The notes under the pieces: generated by a model | What the model was told of the DNA's origin: nothing | Databases searched by the model: none | Seen by the model: only the letters and a program-made list of their open reading frames with translations | Shown here: positions 1 through 11,010 of the stretch, one piece after another | How the letters are laid out: each line of letters begins with the position of its first letter | Position numbering within the stretch: the first letter of the stretch is position 1 | DNA from: Terriglobia bacterium | GTDB lineage: Bacteria; Acidobacteriota; Polarisedimenticolia; Polarisedimenticolales; JAIQFR01 | DNA length: 64,000 bases | Direction: 5' to 3' | NCBI GenBank assembly: GCA_963748015.1 | Contig: CAVVHE010000004.1 | Span: 1,952,001 to 2,016,000 of the forward strand | Made by a program: the position numbers and the translations under genes

Positions 1-3000
1 CGCGGCCATCGCCGTCCGCGTCGTCCTGGCCCGGGTTCGCGACCGCCGCGCAGTTGTCGCAGACGTCGCCGCGGCCGTCCGCATCCGTATCGAGCTGATC
101 CGGATCCGAGACCGCCGGGCAGTTGTCGCACGCGTCACCGTGACCGTCCCCGTCCGTGTCGACCTGGCTCGGGTTCGCGACCGCCGCGCAGTTGTCGCAG
201 ACGTCGCCGAGACCGTCCCCGTCCGCGTCCGCCTGGTCCGGGTTCGCCACCGCCGCGCAATTGTCCAGCGGGCACGTGCTCCCGCTGAATCCCGGATCCG
301 CGAAGCCGTCCCCGTCCCCGTCCGTGCACGTGTCGCAGGCGTCGCCCGCGCCGTCCCCGTCGACATCCTCCTGGCCGGCATTCGCGACGCCCGGGCAGTT
401 GTCGCACGCGTCGCCGCGACCGTCGCTATCCTCGTCGAGCTGGTCCGCGTTCGCGACCGCCGGGCAGTTGTCGCACGCGTCGCCGTGGCCATCGGCGTCG
501 CCGTCGAGCTGATCCGAGTTCGCGACCGCGGGGCAGTTGTCGCAGGCGTCGCCGTGGCCGTCGGTGTCACCGTCGAGCTGGCTCGCATTCGACACCGCCG
601 GGCAGTTGTCGCACGCGTCACCGCGGCCATCGGTGTCACCGTCGAGCTGATCCGAGTTCGCGATCGCCGGGCAGTCGTCGCAGAGGTCGCCGTATCCGTC
701 GGCGTCGACGTCGGCCTGATCCGGATTCGCCACCCCAGGACAGTTGTCCGCGGCGCAGGTGTTTGCCGCAAACCCCGGATTCCCGAACCCGTCCCCGTCC
801 GTGTCCGTGCACGCGTCGCACGCGTCGCCCGCCCCGTCGCCGTCGGCATCGGTCTGATCCGAGGTTCGCGACGCCGAGCAGTTGTCGCAAACGTCGCCGC
901 GGCCGTCGCTATCCTCGTCGAGCTGGTCCGAATTCGCTACGGCGACGCAGTTGTCGCAAGCATCGCCGCGGCCATCGAGGTCGCCGTCGGCCTGCCCCGC
1001 GTTCGAGACGGCCGGGCAGTTGTCGCAAGCGTCACCGCGCCCGTCGCCGTCCGTGTCGAGCTGGTCCGCGTTGGCGGCGCTCGCGCAGTTGTCGCACGCA
1101 TCCCCGCGGCCGTCCGCATCCGCGTCGAGCTGATCGGCGTTCGCGACCGCAGGGCAGTTGTCGCAAGCGTCACCGTGGCCGTCGGCGTCCGTGTCGGCCT
1201 GCTCCGCGTTCGCCGCCACCGGGCAGTTGTCCGCGGCGCACGTGTTGCCCGGGAAGCCGGGATTGCCGAAACCGTCCCCGTCCGTGTCCGTGCACGTGTC
1301 GCAGGCGTCGCCTGCACCGTCGACGTCCGCGTCTTCCTGGCCGGCGTTCGCGACGGTCGGGCAATCGTCCACGCCGCAGGTATTCGCCGCGAAACCCGGA
1401 TTCCCGTAACCGTCGCCGTCCGTGTCCGTGCACGTGTCGCACGCGTCGCCCGTGCCGTCGCCGTCGGCATCCAGTTGATCGAGGTTGGCGGCAGCCGGAC
1501 AGTTGTCGCAGACGTCGCCTACACCGTCCGCGTCCCCGTCCGCCTGGTCCGCGTTCGCCACGCCCGGGCAGTTGTCGGCGGGACACGTATTCGCCGCGTA
1601 GCCCGGATTCCCGTAACCGTCGCCGTCGGTGTCCGTGCACGCGTCGCACGCGTCGCCCGCACCGTCGACGTCCGCGTCGAGCTGATCCGTGTTGGCCACC
1701 GCCGGGCAGTTGTCGCAGACTTCCCCTCTCCCGTCCCCGTCCGCATCCTCCTGCCCCGCATTCCCCACGCCCGGACAGTTGTCGCACACGTCCCCGCGGC
1801 CATCGCCGTCCGCGTCGTCCTGGCCCGGGTTCGCGACCGCCGCGCAGTTGTCGCAGACGTCGCCGCGGCCGTCCGCATCCGTATCGAGCTGATCCGGATC
1901 CGAGACCGCCGGGCAGTTGTCGCACGCGTCACCGTGACCGTCCCCGTCCGTGTCGACCTGGCTCGGGTTCGCGACCGCCGCGCAGTTGTCGCAGACGTCG
2001 CCGAGACCGTCCCCGTCCGCGTCCGCCTGGTCCGGGTTCGCCACCGCCGCGCAATTGTCCAGCGGGCACGTGCTCCCGCTGAATCCCGGATCCGCGAAGC
2101 CGTCCCCGTCCCCGTCCGTGCACGTGTCGCAGGCGTCGCCCGCGCCGTCCCCGTCGACATCCTCCTGGCCGGCATTCGCGACGCCCGGGCAGTTGTCGCA
2201 CGCGTCGCCGCGACCGTCGCTATCCTCGTCGAGCTGGTCCGCGTTCGCGACCGCCGGGCAGTTGTCGCACGCGTCGCCGTGGCCATCGGCGTCGCCGTCG
2301 AGCTGATCCGAGTTCGCGACCGCGGGGCAGTTGTCGCAGGCGTCGCCGTGGCCGTCGGTGTCACCGTCGAGCTGGCTCGCATTCGACACCGCCGGGCAGT
2401 TGTCGCACGCGTCACCGCGGCCATCGGTGTCACCGTCGAGCTGATCCGAGTTCGCGATCGCCGGGCAGTCGTCGCAGAGGTCGCCGTATCCGTCGGCGTC
2501 GACGTCGGCCTGATCCGGATTCGCCACCCCAGGACAGTTGTCCGCGGCGCAGGTGTTTGCCGCAAACCCCGGATTCCCGAACCCGTCCCCGTCCGTGTCC
2601 GTGCACGCGTCGCACGCGTCGCCCGCCCCGTCGCCGTCGGCATCGGTCTGATCCGCGTTCGCGACCACCGGGCAGTTGTCGCAAACGTCGCCGCGGCCGT
2701 CGCTATCCTCGTCGAGCTGGTCCGAATTCGCTACGGCGACGCAGTTGTCGCAAGCATCGCCGCGGCCATCGAGGTCGCCGTCGGCCTGCCCCGCGTTCGA
2801 GACGGCCGGGCAGTTGTCGCAAGCGTCACCGCGCCCGTCGCCGTCCGTGTCGAGCTGGTCCGCGTTGGCGGCGCTCGCGCAGTTGTCGCACGCATCCCCG
2901 CGGCCGTCCGCATCCGCGTCGAGCTGATCGGCGTTCGCGACCGCAGGGCAGTTGTCGCAAGCGTCACCGTGGCCGTCGGCGTCCGTGTCGGCCTGCTCCG

Positions 3001-6000
3001 CGTTCGCCGCCACCGGGCAGTTGTCCGCGGCGCACGTGTTGCCCGGGAAGCCGGGATTGCCGAAACCGTCCCCGTCCGTGTCCGTGCACGTGTCGCAGGC
3101 GTCGCCTGCACCGTCGACGTCCGCGTCTTCCTGGCCGGCGTTCGCGACGGTCGGGCAATCGTCCACGCCGCAGGTATTCGCCGCGAAACCCGGATTCCCG
3201 TAACCGTCGCCGTCCGTGTCCGTGCACGTGTCGCACGCGTCGCCCGTGCCGTCGCCGTCGGCATCCAGTTGATCGAGGTTGGCGGCAGCCGGACAGTTGT
3301 CGCAGACGTCGCCTACACCGTCCGCGTCCCCGTCCGCCTGGTCCGCGTTCGCCACGCCCGGGCAGTTGTCGGCGGGACACGTATTCGCCGCGTAGCCCGG
3401 ATTCCCGTAACCGTCGCCGTCGGTGTCCGTGCACGCGTCGCACGCGTCGCCCGCACCGTCGACGTCCGCGTCGAGCTGATCCGTGTTGGCCACCGCCGGG
3501 CAGTTGTCGCAGACTTCCCCTCTCCCGTCCCCGTCCGCATCCTCCTGCCCCGCATTCCCCACGCCCGGACAGTTGTCGCACACGTCCCCGCGGCCATCGC
3601 CGTCCGCGTCGTCCTGGCCCGGGTTCGCGACCGCCGCGCAGTTGTCGCAGACGTCGCCGCGGCCGTCCGCATCCGTATCGAGCTGATCCGGATCCGAGAC
3701 CGCCGGGCAGTTGTCGCACGCGTCACCGTGACCGTCCCCGTCCGTGTCGACCTGGCTCGGGTTCGCGACCGCCGCGCAGTTGTCGCAGACGTCGCCGAGA
3801 CCGTCCCCGTCCGCGTCCGCCTGGTCCGGGTTCGCCACCGCCGCGCAATTGTCCAGCGGGCACGTGCTCCCGCTGAATCCCGGATCCGCGAAGCCGTCCC
3901 CGTCCCCGTCCGTGCACGTGTCGCAGGCGTCGCCCGCGCCGTCCCCGTCGACATCCTCCTGGCCGGCATTCGCGACGCCCGGGCAGTTGTCGCACGCGTC
4001 GCCGCGACCGTCGCTATCCTCGTCGAGCTGGTCCGCGTTCGCGACCGCCGGGCAGTTGTCGCACGCGTCGCCGTGGCCATCGGCGTCGCCGTCGAGCTGA
4101 TCCGAGTTCGCGACCGCGGGGCAGTTGTCGCAGGCGTCGCCGTGGCCGTCGGTGTCACCGTCGAGCTGGCTCGCATTCGACACCGCCGGGCAGTTGTCGC
4201 ACGCGTCACCGCGGCCATCGGTGTCACCGTCGAGCTGATCCGAGTTCGCGATCGCCGGGCAGTCGTCGCAGAGGTCGCCGTATCCGTCGGCGTCGACGTC
4301 GGCCTGATCCGGATTCGCCACCCCAGGACAGTTGTCCGCGGCGCAGGTGTTTGCCGCAAACCCCGGATTCCCGAACCCGTCCCCGTCCGTGTCCGTGCAC
4401 GCGTCGCACGCGTCGCCCGCCCCGTCGCCGTCGGCATCCAGTTGATCGAGGTTGGCGACGCTCGAGCAGTTGTCGCAAACGTCGCCGCGGCCGTCGCTAT
4501 CCTCGTCGAGCTGGTCCGAATTCGCTACGGCGACGCAGTTGTCGCAAGCATCGCCGCGGCCATCGAGGTCGCCGTCGGCCTGCCCCGCGTTCGAGACGGC
4601 CGGGCAGTTGTCGCAAGCGTCACCGCGCCCGTCGCCGTCCGTGTCGAGCTGGTCCGCGTTGGCCACCACCGGGCAGTTGTCCGCGGCGCACGTGTTGCCC
4701 GGGAAGCCGGGATTGCCGACGCCGTCGCCGTCCGTGTCCGTGCACGTGTCGCAGGCGTCGCCTGCACCGTCGACGTCCGCGTCTTCCTGGCCGGCGTTCG
4801 TGAGCCCCGGGCAGTTGTCCACCGGACACGTGCTGTCCGGGAAACCGGGATCGCCGAAGCCGTCGCCGTCGGTGTCCGTGCACGTATCGCACGCGTCGCC
4901 CGTGCCGTCGCCGTCGGCATCCAGTTGATCGAGGTTGGCGGCAGCCGGACAGTTGTCGCAGACGTCGCCTACACCGTCCGCGTCCCCGTCCACCTGGTCC
5001 GCGTTCGCCACGCCCGGGCAGTTGTCGGCGGGACACGTATTCGCCGCGTAGCCCGGATTCCCGTAACCGTCGCCGTCGGTGTCCGTGCACGCGTCGCACG
5101 CGTCGCCCGCACCGTCGACGTCCGCATCGAGCTGATCCGTGTTGGCCACCGCCGGGCAGTTGTCGCAGACGTCCCCTCTCCCGTCCCCGTCCGCATCCTC
5201 CTGCCCCGCATTCCCCACGCCCGGACAGTTGTCGCACACGTCCCCGCGGCCATCGCCGTCCGCGTCGTCCTGGCCCGGGTTCGCGACCGCCGCGCAGTTG
5301 TCGCAGACGTCGCCGCGGCCGTCCGCATCCGTATCGAGCTGATCCGGATCCGAGACCGCCGGGCAGTTGTCGCACGCGTCACCGTGACCGTCCCCGTCCG
5401 TGTCGACCTGGCTCGGGTTCGCGACCGCCGCGCAGTTGTCGCAGACGTCGCCGTGGCCGTCGCCATCGCTGTCAGACTGGCTGGGGTTCGCCACCGCCGG
5501 ACAGGTGTCGACGGGACAGGTGTTCGCGGGGAATCCCGGGTTCCCGAATCCGTCGCCGTCCGTGTCGGTGCAGGTATCGCAGGCGTCGCCGGTCCCGTCT
5601 TGGTCGGCATCCTCCTGCCCCGCGTTGCCCACGCCGGGACAGTTGTCGCAGGCATCCCCTCGCCCGTCGCCGTCCGCGTCGAGCTGGCTCGTATTCGACA
5701 CCGCCGGGCAGTTGTCGCAGGCATCGCCGCGGCCGTCTCCGTCCGCATCCGCCTGGCTCGGATTCGAAACCGACGAGCAGTTGTCGCAGAGGTCGCCGCG
5801 CCCATCGACGTCCGTGTCGAGCTGCGTCGGATTCGAAACCGAAGGGCAGTTGTCGCAGAGATCGCCGCGCCCATCGACGTCCGTGTCGAGCTGCGTCGGA
5901 TTCGGAACCGAAGGGCAGTTGTCGCAGGCGTCGCCGCGGCCGTCACCGTCCGTGTCGAGCTGCGTCGGATTCGCGACGGTCGGGCAGTTGTCGGCGGGAC

Positions 6001-6440
6001 AGCTGTTGGCCGGGTAACCCGGGTTGCCGAATCCGTCACCGTCCGTGTCCGTGCAAGCGTCGCACGCGTCGCCCGCCCCGTCGCCGTCGACGTCCGCCTG
6101 CGACGCGTTGGCGATCGTCGGACAGTTGTCCAGGGAACACGTGTTGCCGGGGAAGCCCGGATTCCCGAAGCCGTCACCATCGGTGTCCGTGCACGTATCG
6201 CAAGCATCCCCGCGACCGTCACCGTCCGTATCCGCCTGGCCCGGGTTGGCCACGATCGCGCAGTTGTCGCACGCGTCGCCCCGGCCGTCGCCGTCCGTGT
6301 CCACCTGGGTCGGGTTGGCGGCGTTCGGGCAGTTGTCGCAGGCGTCCCCTTTCCCGTCCGCGTCCGCGTCCGCCTGATTCGAATTGGCGGCGCTCGGGCA
6401 GTTGTCGAAGCCGTCGGGAACGCCGTCGCCGTCGGCGTCG
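1..6440. repeat. Coding tandem array of 69-bp units (23 aa) with a 1794-bp (26-unit) higher-order period
   Basis: The sequence at position 1 recurs at 1795, 3589 and 5245 (offsets 1794, 1794, 1656, i.e. 26, 26 and 24 x 69 bp). The motif gcagttgtc (DNC) recurs throughout. Confidence 0.95.
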
Positions 6441-7996
6441 GGCGTCGGTCGGAGTCTCAGGTCGTACGAGCCGTAGGGCGTGTTGTCGGTCTGCTGCCCC
6501 GCGCGAACGTAGAACCTCGCCGTGGAGGTCGCGGTCCACTTGATGTACGAGGACTTGTCGCCCGTCGCGCGGTCGTTGTTGGACGCGAGCGAGTTACCGG
6601 CCGAGTTGTACAGGGTCAGGTTCGTGTCCGCGGCCGAGAGCAAATTGAGCGTCTCGATCTCGTACGCCCAGCCCTGGGTCGCCGGGAAGGAGAACCAGTC
6701 GTACTCGTAGGTGTTCTCGCCCGCGTGGTCGTTGTCCGTGTCCGGGAAGAAGGTGCAGTGCAGGATCCCGCCGTCGGCGACCGTCGAGAAAGACTGCGCC
6801 AGCGAGTCGTTGAACTCGTAGACATCCGGGAAGAACTCGATTCCCGCGCCGTCGGAGAAGATCGACTTCATCTCGGTGAAGTAGCCATTCGCGATCGGCG
6901 GCTCGAACCAGCCGTCCCAGAAGTCCTCCGCGGTGATCTGGAGGCGGGTCGGAAGGAAACCGGTCGCCACCTCCCACATCTGCGAATCCGGGATCTCGGC
7001 CGTGTCCACCGGGGCGTCGTCCACGCCCGGTGTGAAATCCGGGGTGCCGGGTCCGTCCGTGATGTCCCAGAGTGCCGTGGTGACGGTGACCTCGCTGGCG
7101 TCCCCGCGGCAGAGGTAGACGTTCTGGGTCTCGATGTCGTACGACACGACGACGTGCCCGGGTCCGGGCTCGCCGGTGGTCCGCAGATAGACGTTCGGGT
7201 ACGCCATCCCGAAATGGCGGCGCACGCTCGCGCCGAGATAGGTCGCGAACCCCTCGTCCCACGAAAGGCGAGGATCCTGATTGCAGTCGGCGAGGTAGTG
7301 CGTCCCGGTGGGGCTGTCGTTGTCGGAGTAGTTGAGGGTCATGAAGTGGCCGTACTCGTGGAGCACGGGCCCGTCGTCATAACCCGCTGTATCCCGGACG
7401 TCGATCCGGTTGATGGTGGAGGTCGACGACCCGTTCCCTCGATTCGACTCCCAGACCATCGTGAGCGGGTGCGAGGAGTTGGGCCGGGCGCCCTGAACGT
7501 ACGCGACGTAGTCCGAGCCGAATACTCCGAGGTCGTAGAGATGAAACGCCTCTCCCCCGGAGCCGATCGCCGCGATCATCGTGCCGAAGTCGACGTTCAC
7601 GCTGGGCTGGTGCCCCGACACGGTCGAGCTCGCGAGGGCGTACGGCGCGAGAGCGGCGTTGGTGACCTTGAGGAACAGCGTGCTGGTCTTCGTGGAGCGC
7701 GTCAGCGCCCGGACGTAGACGTTGCGGACGGACGAGTCGTTCACCGTGATCGAGAAACTCCCGCTCGCGGTGGTCGCTCCCGAGGCCAGCACCGCGCCGC
7801 TGCCGGCATCCACGACCTCGACGTCCACGAAGCGGGCGGGGAGAAGCGGCTCGACGCCCGTGAAACCGGTCTGGTCGAATTCGCGATCGCGGAAGCTGAA
7901 CTGCCCGGAAGCGACCCAGCTGGCGGCCGCGGCCGGCGCGGCCGCGAGGAGCACGGCGAGGATCAGCGCGCCTAGGCGCGCCAGGCGGCGGCTCAT
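1..7996 (-). CDS. Giant secreted zinc metalloprotease (gluzincin-type) with PPC-like domain and a >2100-aa thrombospondin type 3 (TSP3)-like Ca-binding repeat region; 3' end lies beyond the window (>2660 aa)
   Basis: Translated by hand from the ATG at 7996, which overlaps the upstream stop (ATGA). Signal peptide [30 protein letters not shown] at 7346-7360; downstream [12 protein letters not shown]-like segment DWFSF...[19 protein letters not shown]...YDLRL; then DNCPxxxNxxQxDxDxDGxGDAC repeats. The frame at position 2-4 matches the start frame. It is absent from the ORF track because no stop lies in the window. Confidence 0.9.
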   Translation of the reverse strand, partial: MSRRLARLGALILAVLLAAAPAAAASWVASGQFSFRDREFDQTGFTGVEPLLPARFVDVEVVDAGSGAVLASGATTASGSFSITVNDSSVRNVYVRALTRSTKTSTLFLKVTNAALAPYALASSTVSGHQPSVNVDFGTMIAAIGSGGEAFHLYDLGVFGSDYVAYVQGARPNSSHPLTMVWESNRGNGSSTSTINRIDVRDTAGYDDGPVLHEYGHFMTLNYSDNDSPTGTHYLADCNQDPRLSWDEGFATYLGASVRRHFGMAYPNVYLRTTGEPGPGHVVVSYDIETQNVYLCRGDASEVTVTTALWDITDGPGTPDFTPGVDDAPVDTAEIPDSQMWEVATGFLPTRLQITAEDFWDGWFEPPIANGYFTEMKSIFSDGAGIEFFPDVYEFNDSLAQSFSTVADGGILHCTFFPDTDNDHAGENTYEYDWFSFPATQGWAYEIETLNLLSAADTNLTLYNSAGNSLASNNDRATGDKSSYIKWTATSTARFYVRAGQQTDNTPYGSYDLRLRPTPDADGDGVPDGFDNCPSAANSNQADADADGKGDACDNCPNAANPTQVDTDGDGRGDACDNCAIVANPGQADTDGDGRGDACDTCTDTDGDGFGNPGFPGNTCSLDNCPTIANASQADVDGDGAGDACDACTDTDGDGFGNPGYPANSCPADNCPTVANPTQLDTDGDGRGDACDNCPSVPNPTQLDTDVDGRGDLCDNCPSVSNPTQLDTDVDGRGDLCDNCSSVSNPSQADADGDGRGDACDNCPAVSNTSQLDADGDGRGDACDNCPGVGNAGQEDADQDGTGDACDTCTDTDGDGFGNPGFPANTCPVDTCPAVANPSQSDSDGDGHGDVCDNCAAVANPSQVDTDGDGHGDACDNCPAVSDPDQLDTDADGRGDVCDNCAAVANPGQDDADGDGRGDVCDNCPGVGNAGQEDADGDGRGDVCDNCPAVANTDQLDADVDGAGDACDACTDTDGDGYGNPGYAANTCPADNCPGVANADQVDGDADGVGDVCDNCPAAANLDQLDADGDGTGDACDTCTDTDGDGFGDPGFPDSTCPVDNCPGLTNAGQEDADVDGAGDACDTCTDTDGDGVGNPGFPGNTCAADNCPVVANADQLDTDGDGRGDACDNCPAVSNAGQADGDLDGRGDACDNCVAVANSDQLDEDSDGRGDVCDNCSSVANLDQLDADGDGAGDACDACTDTDGDGFGNPGFAANTCAADNCPGVANPDQADVDADGYGDLCDDCPAIANSDQLDGDTDGRGDACDNCPAVSNASQLDGDTDGHGDACDNCPAVANSDQLDGDADGHGDACDNCPAVANADQLDEDSDGRGDACDNCPGVANAGQEDVDGDGAGDACDTCTDGDGDGFADPGFSGSTCPLDNCAAVANPDQADADGDGLGDVCDNCAAVANPSQVDTDGDGHGDACDNCPAVSDPDQLDTDADGRGDVCDNCAAVANPGQDDADGDGRGDVCDNCPGVGNAGQEDADGDGRGEVCDNCPAVANTDQLDADVDGAGDACDACTDTDGDGYGNPGYAANTCPADNCPGVANADQADGDADGVGDVCDNCPAAANLDQLDADGDGTGDACDTCTDTDGDGYGNPGFAANTCGVDDCPTVANAGQEDADVDGAGDACDTCTDTDGDGFGNPGFPGNTCAADNCPVAANAEQADTDADGHGDACDNCPAVANADQLDADADGRGDACDNCASAANADQLDTDGDGRGDACDNCPAVSNAGQADGDLDGRGDACDNCVAVANSDQLDEDSDGRGDVCDNCPVVANADQTDADGDGAGDACDACTDTDGDGFGNPGFAANTCAADNCPGVANPDQADVDADGYGDLCDDCPAIANSDQLDGDTDGRGDACDNCPAVSNASQLDGDTDGHGDACDNCPAVANSDQLDGDADGHGDACDNCPAVANADQLDEDSDGRGDACDNCPGVANAGQEDVDGDGAGDACDTCTDGDGDGFADPGFSGSTCPLDNCAAVANPDQADADGDGLGDVCDNCAAVANPSQVDTDGDGHGDACDNCPAVSDPDQLDTDADGRGDVCDNCAAVANPGQDDADGDGRGDVCDNCPGVGNAGQEDADGDGRGEVCDNCPAVANTDQLDADVDGAGDACDACTDTDGDGYGNPGYAANTCPADNCPGVANADQADGDADGVGDVCDNCPAAANLDQLDADGDGTGDACDTCTDTDGDGYGNPGFAANTCGVDDCPTVANAGQEDADVDGAGDACDTCTDTDGDGFGNPGFPGNTCAADNCPVAANAEQADTDADGHGDACDNCPAVANADQLDADADGRGDACDNCASAANADQLDTDGDGRGDACDNCPAVSNAGQADGDLDGRGDACDNCVAVANSDQLDEDSDGRGDVCDNCSASRTSDQTDADGDGAGDACDACTDTDGDGFGNPGFAANTCAADNCPGVANPDQADVDADGYGDLCDDCPAIANSDQLDGDTDGRGDACDNCPAVSNASQLDGDTDGHGDACDNCPAVANSDQLDGDADGHGDACDNCPAVANADQLDEDSDGRGDACDNCPGVANAGQEDVDGDGAGDACDTCTDGDGDGFADPGFSGSTCPLDNCAAVANPDQADADGDGLGDVCDNCAAVANPSQVDTDGDGHGDACDNCPAVSDPDQLDTDADGRGDVCDNCAAVANPGQDDADGDGR

Positions 7997-8517
7997 GGGC
8001 CCTTCGCTGGCGGCGGCGCCGCGGGGAACTCGAGGGCGCCGTTGCGGAGCGTCGGCTCGACGCCGACCACGCCGATCGGGATGCCGGCGCCTTCCCGGAC
8101 GGCCTTCCCCGACGGTGTGGCGGCCTCGACGGTCAACGACCCGATCCCGCCCGCGCCGGGCGGGAGCTCCACCACGAACTCGACGACGGCGGCGGCTCCC
8201 CGTTCCAGGTCGCCGAGCAGGAACGGCTCGCCGGGCTGCGGCAGCCCCGGAGCGGCCCCGGCACCCGCGAGGACGACGCGGTCGGCGAGGATCGAGATTC
8301 CGGACGGGACCTTCGCAAGGAGGGAAAGCCCGGTGAGCGGCTCGATCGTGCTGACGGTGACCCTCAGGCGGGTCAGCCCCGCGGGATCGAGCTTGGGGTC
8401 GAGCCACTCGTACCGGATCGCGACCGACCCGTCCGGCTCGCCGGCGTGTGCGGCCCCGGCCAGGCAAGACACGGCCAGGATGGCAATCGCAACGGCCCTG
8501 CTAACCGACCCCCCCAC
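7993..8517 (-). CDS. Small secreted beta-rich (Ig-like?) protein, partner of the giant protease
   Basis: GGAGG SD before GTG at 8517; signal peptide ending AAHA; stop overlaps the protease ATG. Confidence 0.75.
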   Translation of the reverse strand: MGGSVSRAVAIAILAVSCLAGAAHAGEPDGSVAIRYEWLDPKLDPAGLTRLRVTVSTIEPLTGLSLLAKVPSGISILADRVVLAGAGAAPGLPQPGEPFLLGDLERGAAAVVEFVVELPPGAGGIGSLTVEAATPSGKAVREGAGIPIGVVGVEPTLRNGALEFPAAPPPAKGP

Positions 8518-8767
8518 GCCCCCCTCCTCCCACGACACCGCCCCGGAATGCCCGCGGAAAAACACGCCCCCGCGCCCCATCAGGGGCGTCGTCGCCGCGC
8601 TACCTGTAAGTAACGGCGAAGAAAGAGCGATGTCAACAATTTTCCGACCGAGAAACCCCGCGACCGCCGCCGTTGCGAACGAATGCGCGAAATCCTGGAT
8701 CCGACCATGGGAGCGGGGTGATGGGCCGTGGCGTCAGACCGCTATGTGCCCATACGATGCGTAGATT

Positions 8768-10882
8768 TCAGCGCTTTCGCCGGCGTGCGATCAAGCCTCC
8801 CGCGAGGGCGACCGGGAGGCAGAACAGCGTCGCGGCGAGCCCGATGATCCGCGCGGGGGTCCGTATCCCGTAGGACAGGACGACGCGGTGCTCGCCGGGC
8901 GGGACGTCCACCGCCATGAAACCGCCCTGGTCCGCGGGAGGATCGGCGCCCTTGCCGTCCACGCTCGCGAGCCAGCCGGGGAAGAACTGCTCCAGGACGA
9001 CGAGACGGCCGCCTCCGGGGGGCGAGACGACCCCCGCTTCGATCCGCCCGGGCCGGCGCTCGATCCGGTCGGGAGAAACCGCCGAAGGAAGCCCGCCGGC
9101 GGCCTGCAGCTCCGCGTAGGGACGGGGTACGAGGCGAAGGGGCTCCGCCCTGCGCTCGTCGAACATCAGCGACACTCCCGCCCTCGAGAGGACCTTGGGG
9201 TCGCTCGTGACCCAGAACGTCCGGTAGAGTGCCGGGGTCACCCACTCCGGGTAGACGTAGTAGAGAGCATCGACCGGGGTGGAGTAGGAGCTCGGTGGGA
9301 GCTTGAGGTCCCAGGTGCGAAACGGTCCCGGCCCCGGAGGCACCGCGACCGGGACCGGAGTCATCGAGCTCTCCCAGTGGGCCGCGCCGCGTTCGCGCGA
9401 GGTCCAGTGAACGACCCCCTCGTAGGGCGGGATCCGGTCGGCCGCCCCGGCGTAGGGCGCGGCGTCCCACACCAGCAGCGCCGCAAGCATGGGAAAGAGC
9501 AACGCCCGTGCCCGCGGTCCGGGAGCGCCGGCGATTCGCCCGGCGCCGAGACCGAGCGCGAGCGCCGCCAGGACGGTGGCCGGGGTCAGGAACCGCCAGG
9601 GGAAGTAGAGCTGCGCGAAACCCGGGACGCCGCCGAGCGCGTGCGCCAGGGGCACCGTGGACAGCGAGAGAGCGAGGAGCGCCCCGAGCGCGAGTCCGGC
9701 CGTGCCGGACCGGCGGGCCCACAAAGGCGCCGCAAGCCCGGCAAGGAGCAGCACCGCGCCGCCGTAGAAAGGCATCGGCTCCTCGCCTGCCCCTGCTCCC
9801 GCGCGGTACGACTCGGGGAGCGAGATCCGGTAGCGGTCCCACAGCCGCCGCGTGAGCGGGGCCCTGAGGTCGACACCGTGCTCCTCGTAGCGGAAGTACC
9901 GGCTGGTCGCGCTTCGCTCGCCGACGCTCGTCGCGCCCCCCTCGGCCGCGGCCGGAACCCACCACCAGGCCGACAGCAGCAAGGCGGCCAGGAGCGCCGC
10001 CGCCGGCCCCCCGAAGCGCTTTCCCCTCGAGGCATCGACCCGCGCCCCCCACGTTTCCTGGACGACGAGCGCCGGCACGAGCGACACTCCCAAGGTGAAC
10101 AGCGACGGGAGGTGGGTCAGGATCAGGCCGACGACCGACAGCGCGAGGATCGCGGCGGTCCGGAAGCGCGGCTCGCGGGCGGTACGCAGCGCGGCCGCGG
10201 CGACGAGGGGCAGGAAGAGGAACGCGTTCGCCTCTCCGAGCGCCCCGCGATAGTCGAACACCGCGAGCCTCCAGGGGGCAAACGCCCCGGCGATCGCGGC
10301 GAGCAGCGCTCCGCGCCGGCCCGCGCCGAGGAGGCGCGCCGCCGCGAGGAACGACAGCGCCGAGAGGACGTGTCCCTGAAAGAGCTCCAGCTTGAGCGCG
10401 CCGACCGGCGCCAGCCCTGCCAGGATTCCGGGCAGCGCGAGGAGAAAATTGAGCGGGCCGTAGAACTGGAGCAGCGGCATCCCCGCCCCGAGATACGGGA
10501 TCCAGAGCGGATACCAGGATCCCGCCCCGATCGAGCGCCCGTAGGCCCAGATCCCCCAGAGGTGATCGAAGTCGTGGATGCGCGGGATGCCCGCGCGCGC
10601 GAGAACGTGCCCCGCCGCCGCGCCGGCGGCCAGCGTCGCCGCGAGCACCGCGGCGCCCCGGGCCCTCTCGGGTACGAGGAGCGCGGCCGCCGCGCCCGCG
10701 GCGGCGACGGCGAGGATCGCGTAGGACGGCGCCTCGTAAACGGCCCCGCTGGTACGGGCGGCGGCGACAGCGGCGCCCGCAAGGAACACCGAGGCGGGCA
10801 CGACGGAGGCCGCGTGCCGGGTCCACCACGCCGCGTTCCCGGAGGCGCCGCGCGGCGGCGGTCCGGCCGTTCGAGATCGCAT
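8768..10882 (-). CDS. YfhO-like / PTPS-related polytopic membrane protein (putative GT-C glycosyltransferase)
   Basis: HDFDH...WYPLWIP...GMPLLQFYGPL N-terminal loop, many TM segments, FPWRFL, C-terminal EQFFPGWLASVDG...VPPGEHRVVLSY. Confidence 0.75.
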   Translation of the reverse strand: MRSRTAGPPPRGASGNAAWWTRHAASVVPASVFLAGAAVAAARTSGAVYEAPSYAILAVAAAGAAAALLVPERARGAAVLAATLAAGAAAGHVLARAGIPRIHDFDHLWGIWAYGRSIGAGSWYPLWIPYLGAGMPLLQFYGPLNFLLALPGILAGLAPVGALKLELFQGHVLSALSFLAAARLLGAGRRGALLAAIAGAFAPWRLAVFDYRGALGEANAFLFLPLVAAAALRTAREPRFRTAAILALSVVGLILTHLPSLFTLGVSLVPALVVQETWGARVDASRGKRFGGPAAALLAALLLSAWWWVPAAAEGGATSVGERSATSRYFRYEEHGVDLRAPLTRRLWDRYRISLPESYRAGAGAGEEPMPFYGGAVLLLAGLAAPLWARRSGTAGLALGALLALSLSTVPLAHALGGVPGFAQLYFPWRFLTPATVLAALALGLGAGRIAGAPGPRARALLFPMLAALLVWDAAPYAGAADRIPPYEGVVHWTSRERGAAHWESSMTPVPVAVPPGPGPFRTWDLKLPPSSYSTPVDALYYVYPEWVTPALYRTFWVTSDPKVLSRAGVSLMFDERRAEPLRLVPRPYAELQAAGGLPSAVSPDRIERRPGRIEAGVVSPPGGGRLVVLEQFFPGWLASVDGKGADPPADQGGFMAVDVPPGEHRVVLSYGIRTPARIIGLAATLFCLPVALAGGLIARRRKR

Positions 10883-11010
10883 GCTCCGTCCCCGCGAAAG
10901 AGGGCATTCTACCCTCGCGATTTGTCGAGTGGATCACTCCTCAATCGTCCGCCCCGACCGGGCCAAAACCCGTCCGGCGCGCTACACTGTCCGGCCCCAT
11001 GGAGAGATAG

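Noticed and set aside
1..6440. Possible CRISPR array
   Set aside because: The units are in-frame 69-bp coding repeats with no unique spacers and no cas genes.
140..7975. 2611-aa Val/Arg/Ala-rich plus-strand ORF
   Set aside because: Antisense shadow of the Asp/Cys-rich minus-strand gene; it has no motifs of its own.
8605..8636. Sigma-70 promoter for the protease operon
   Set aside because: A perfect TTGACA is present on the minus strand but there is no convincing -10 at normal spacing.
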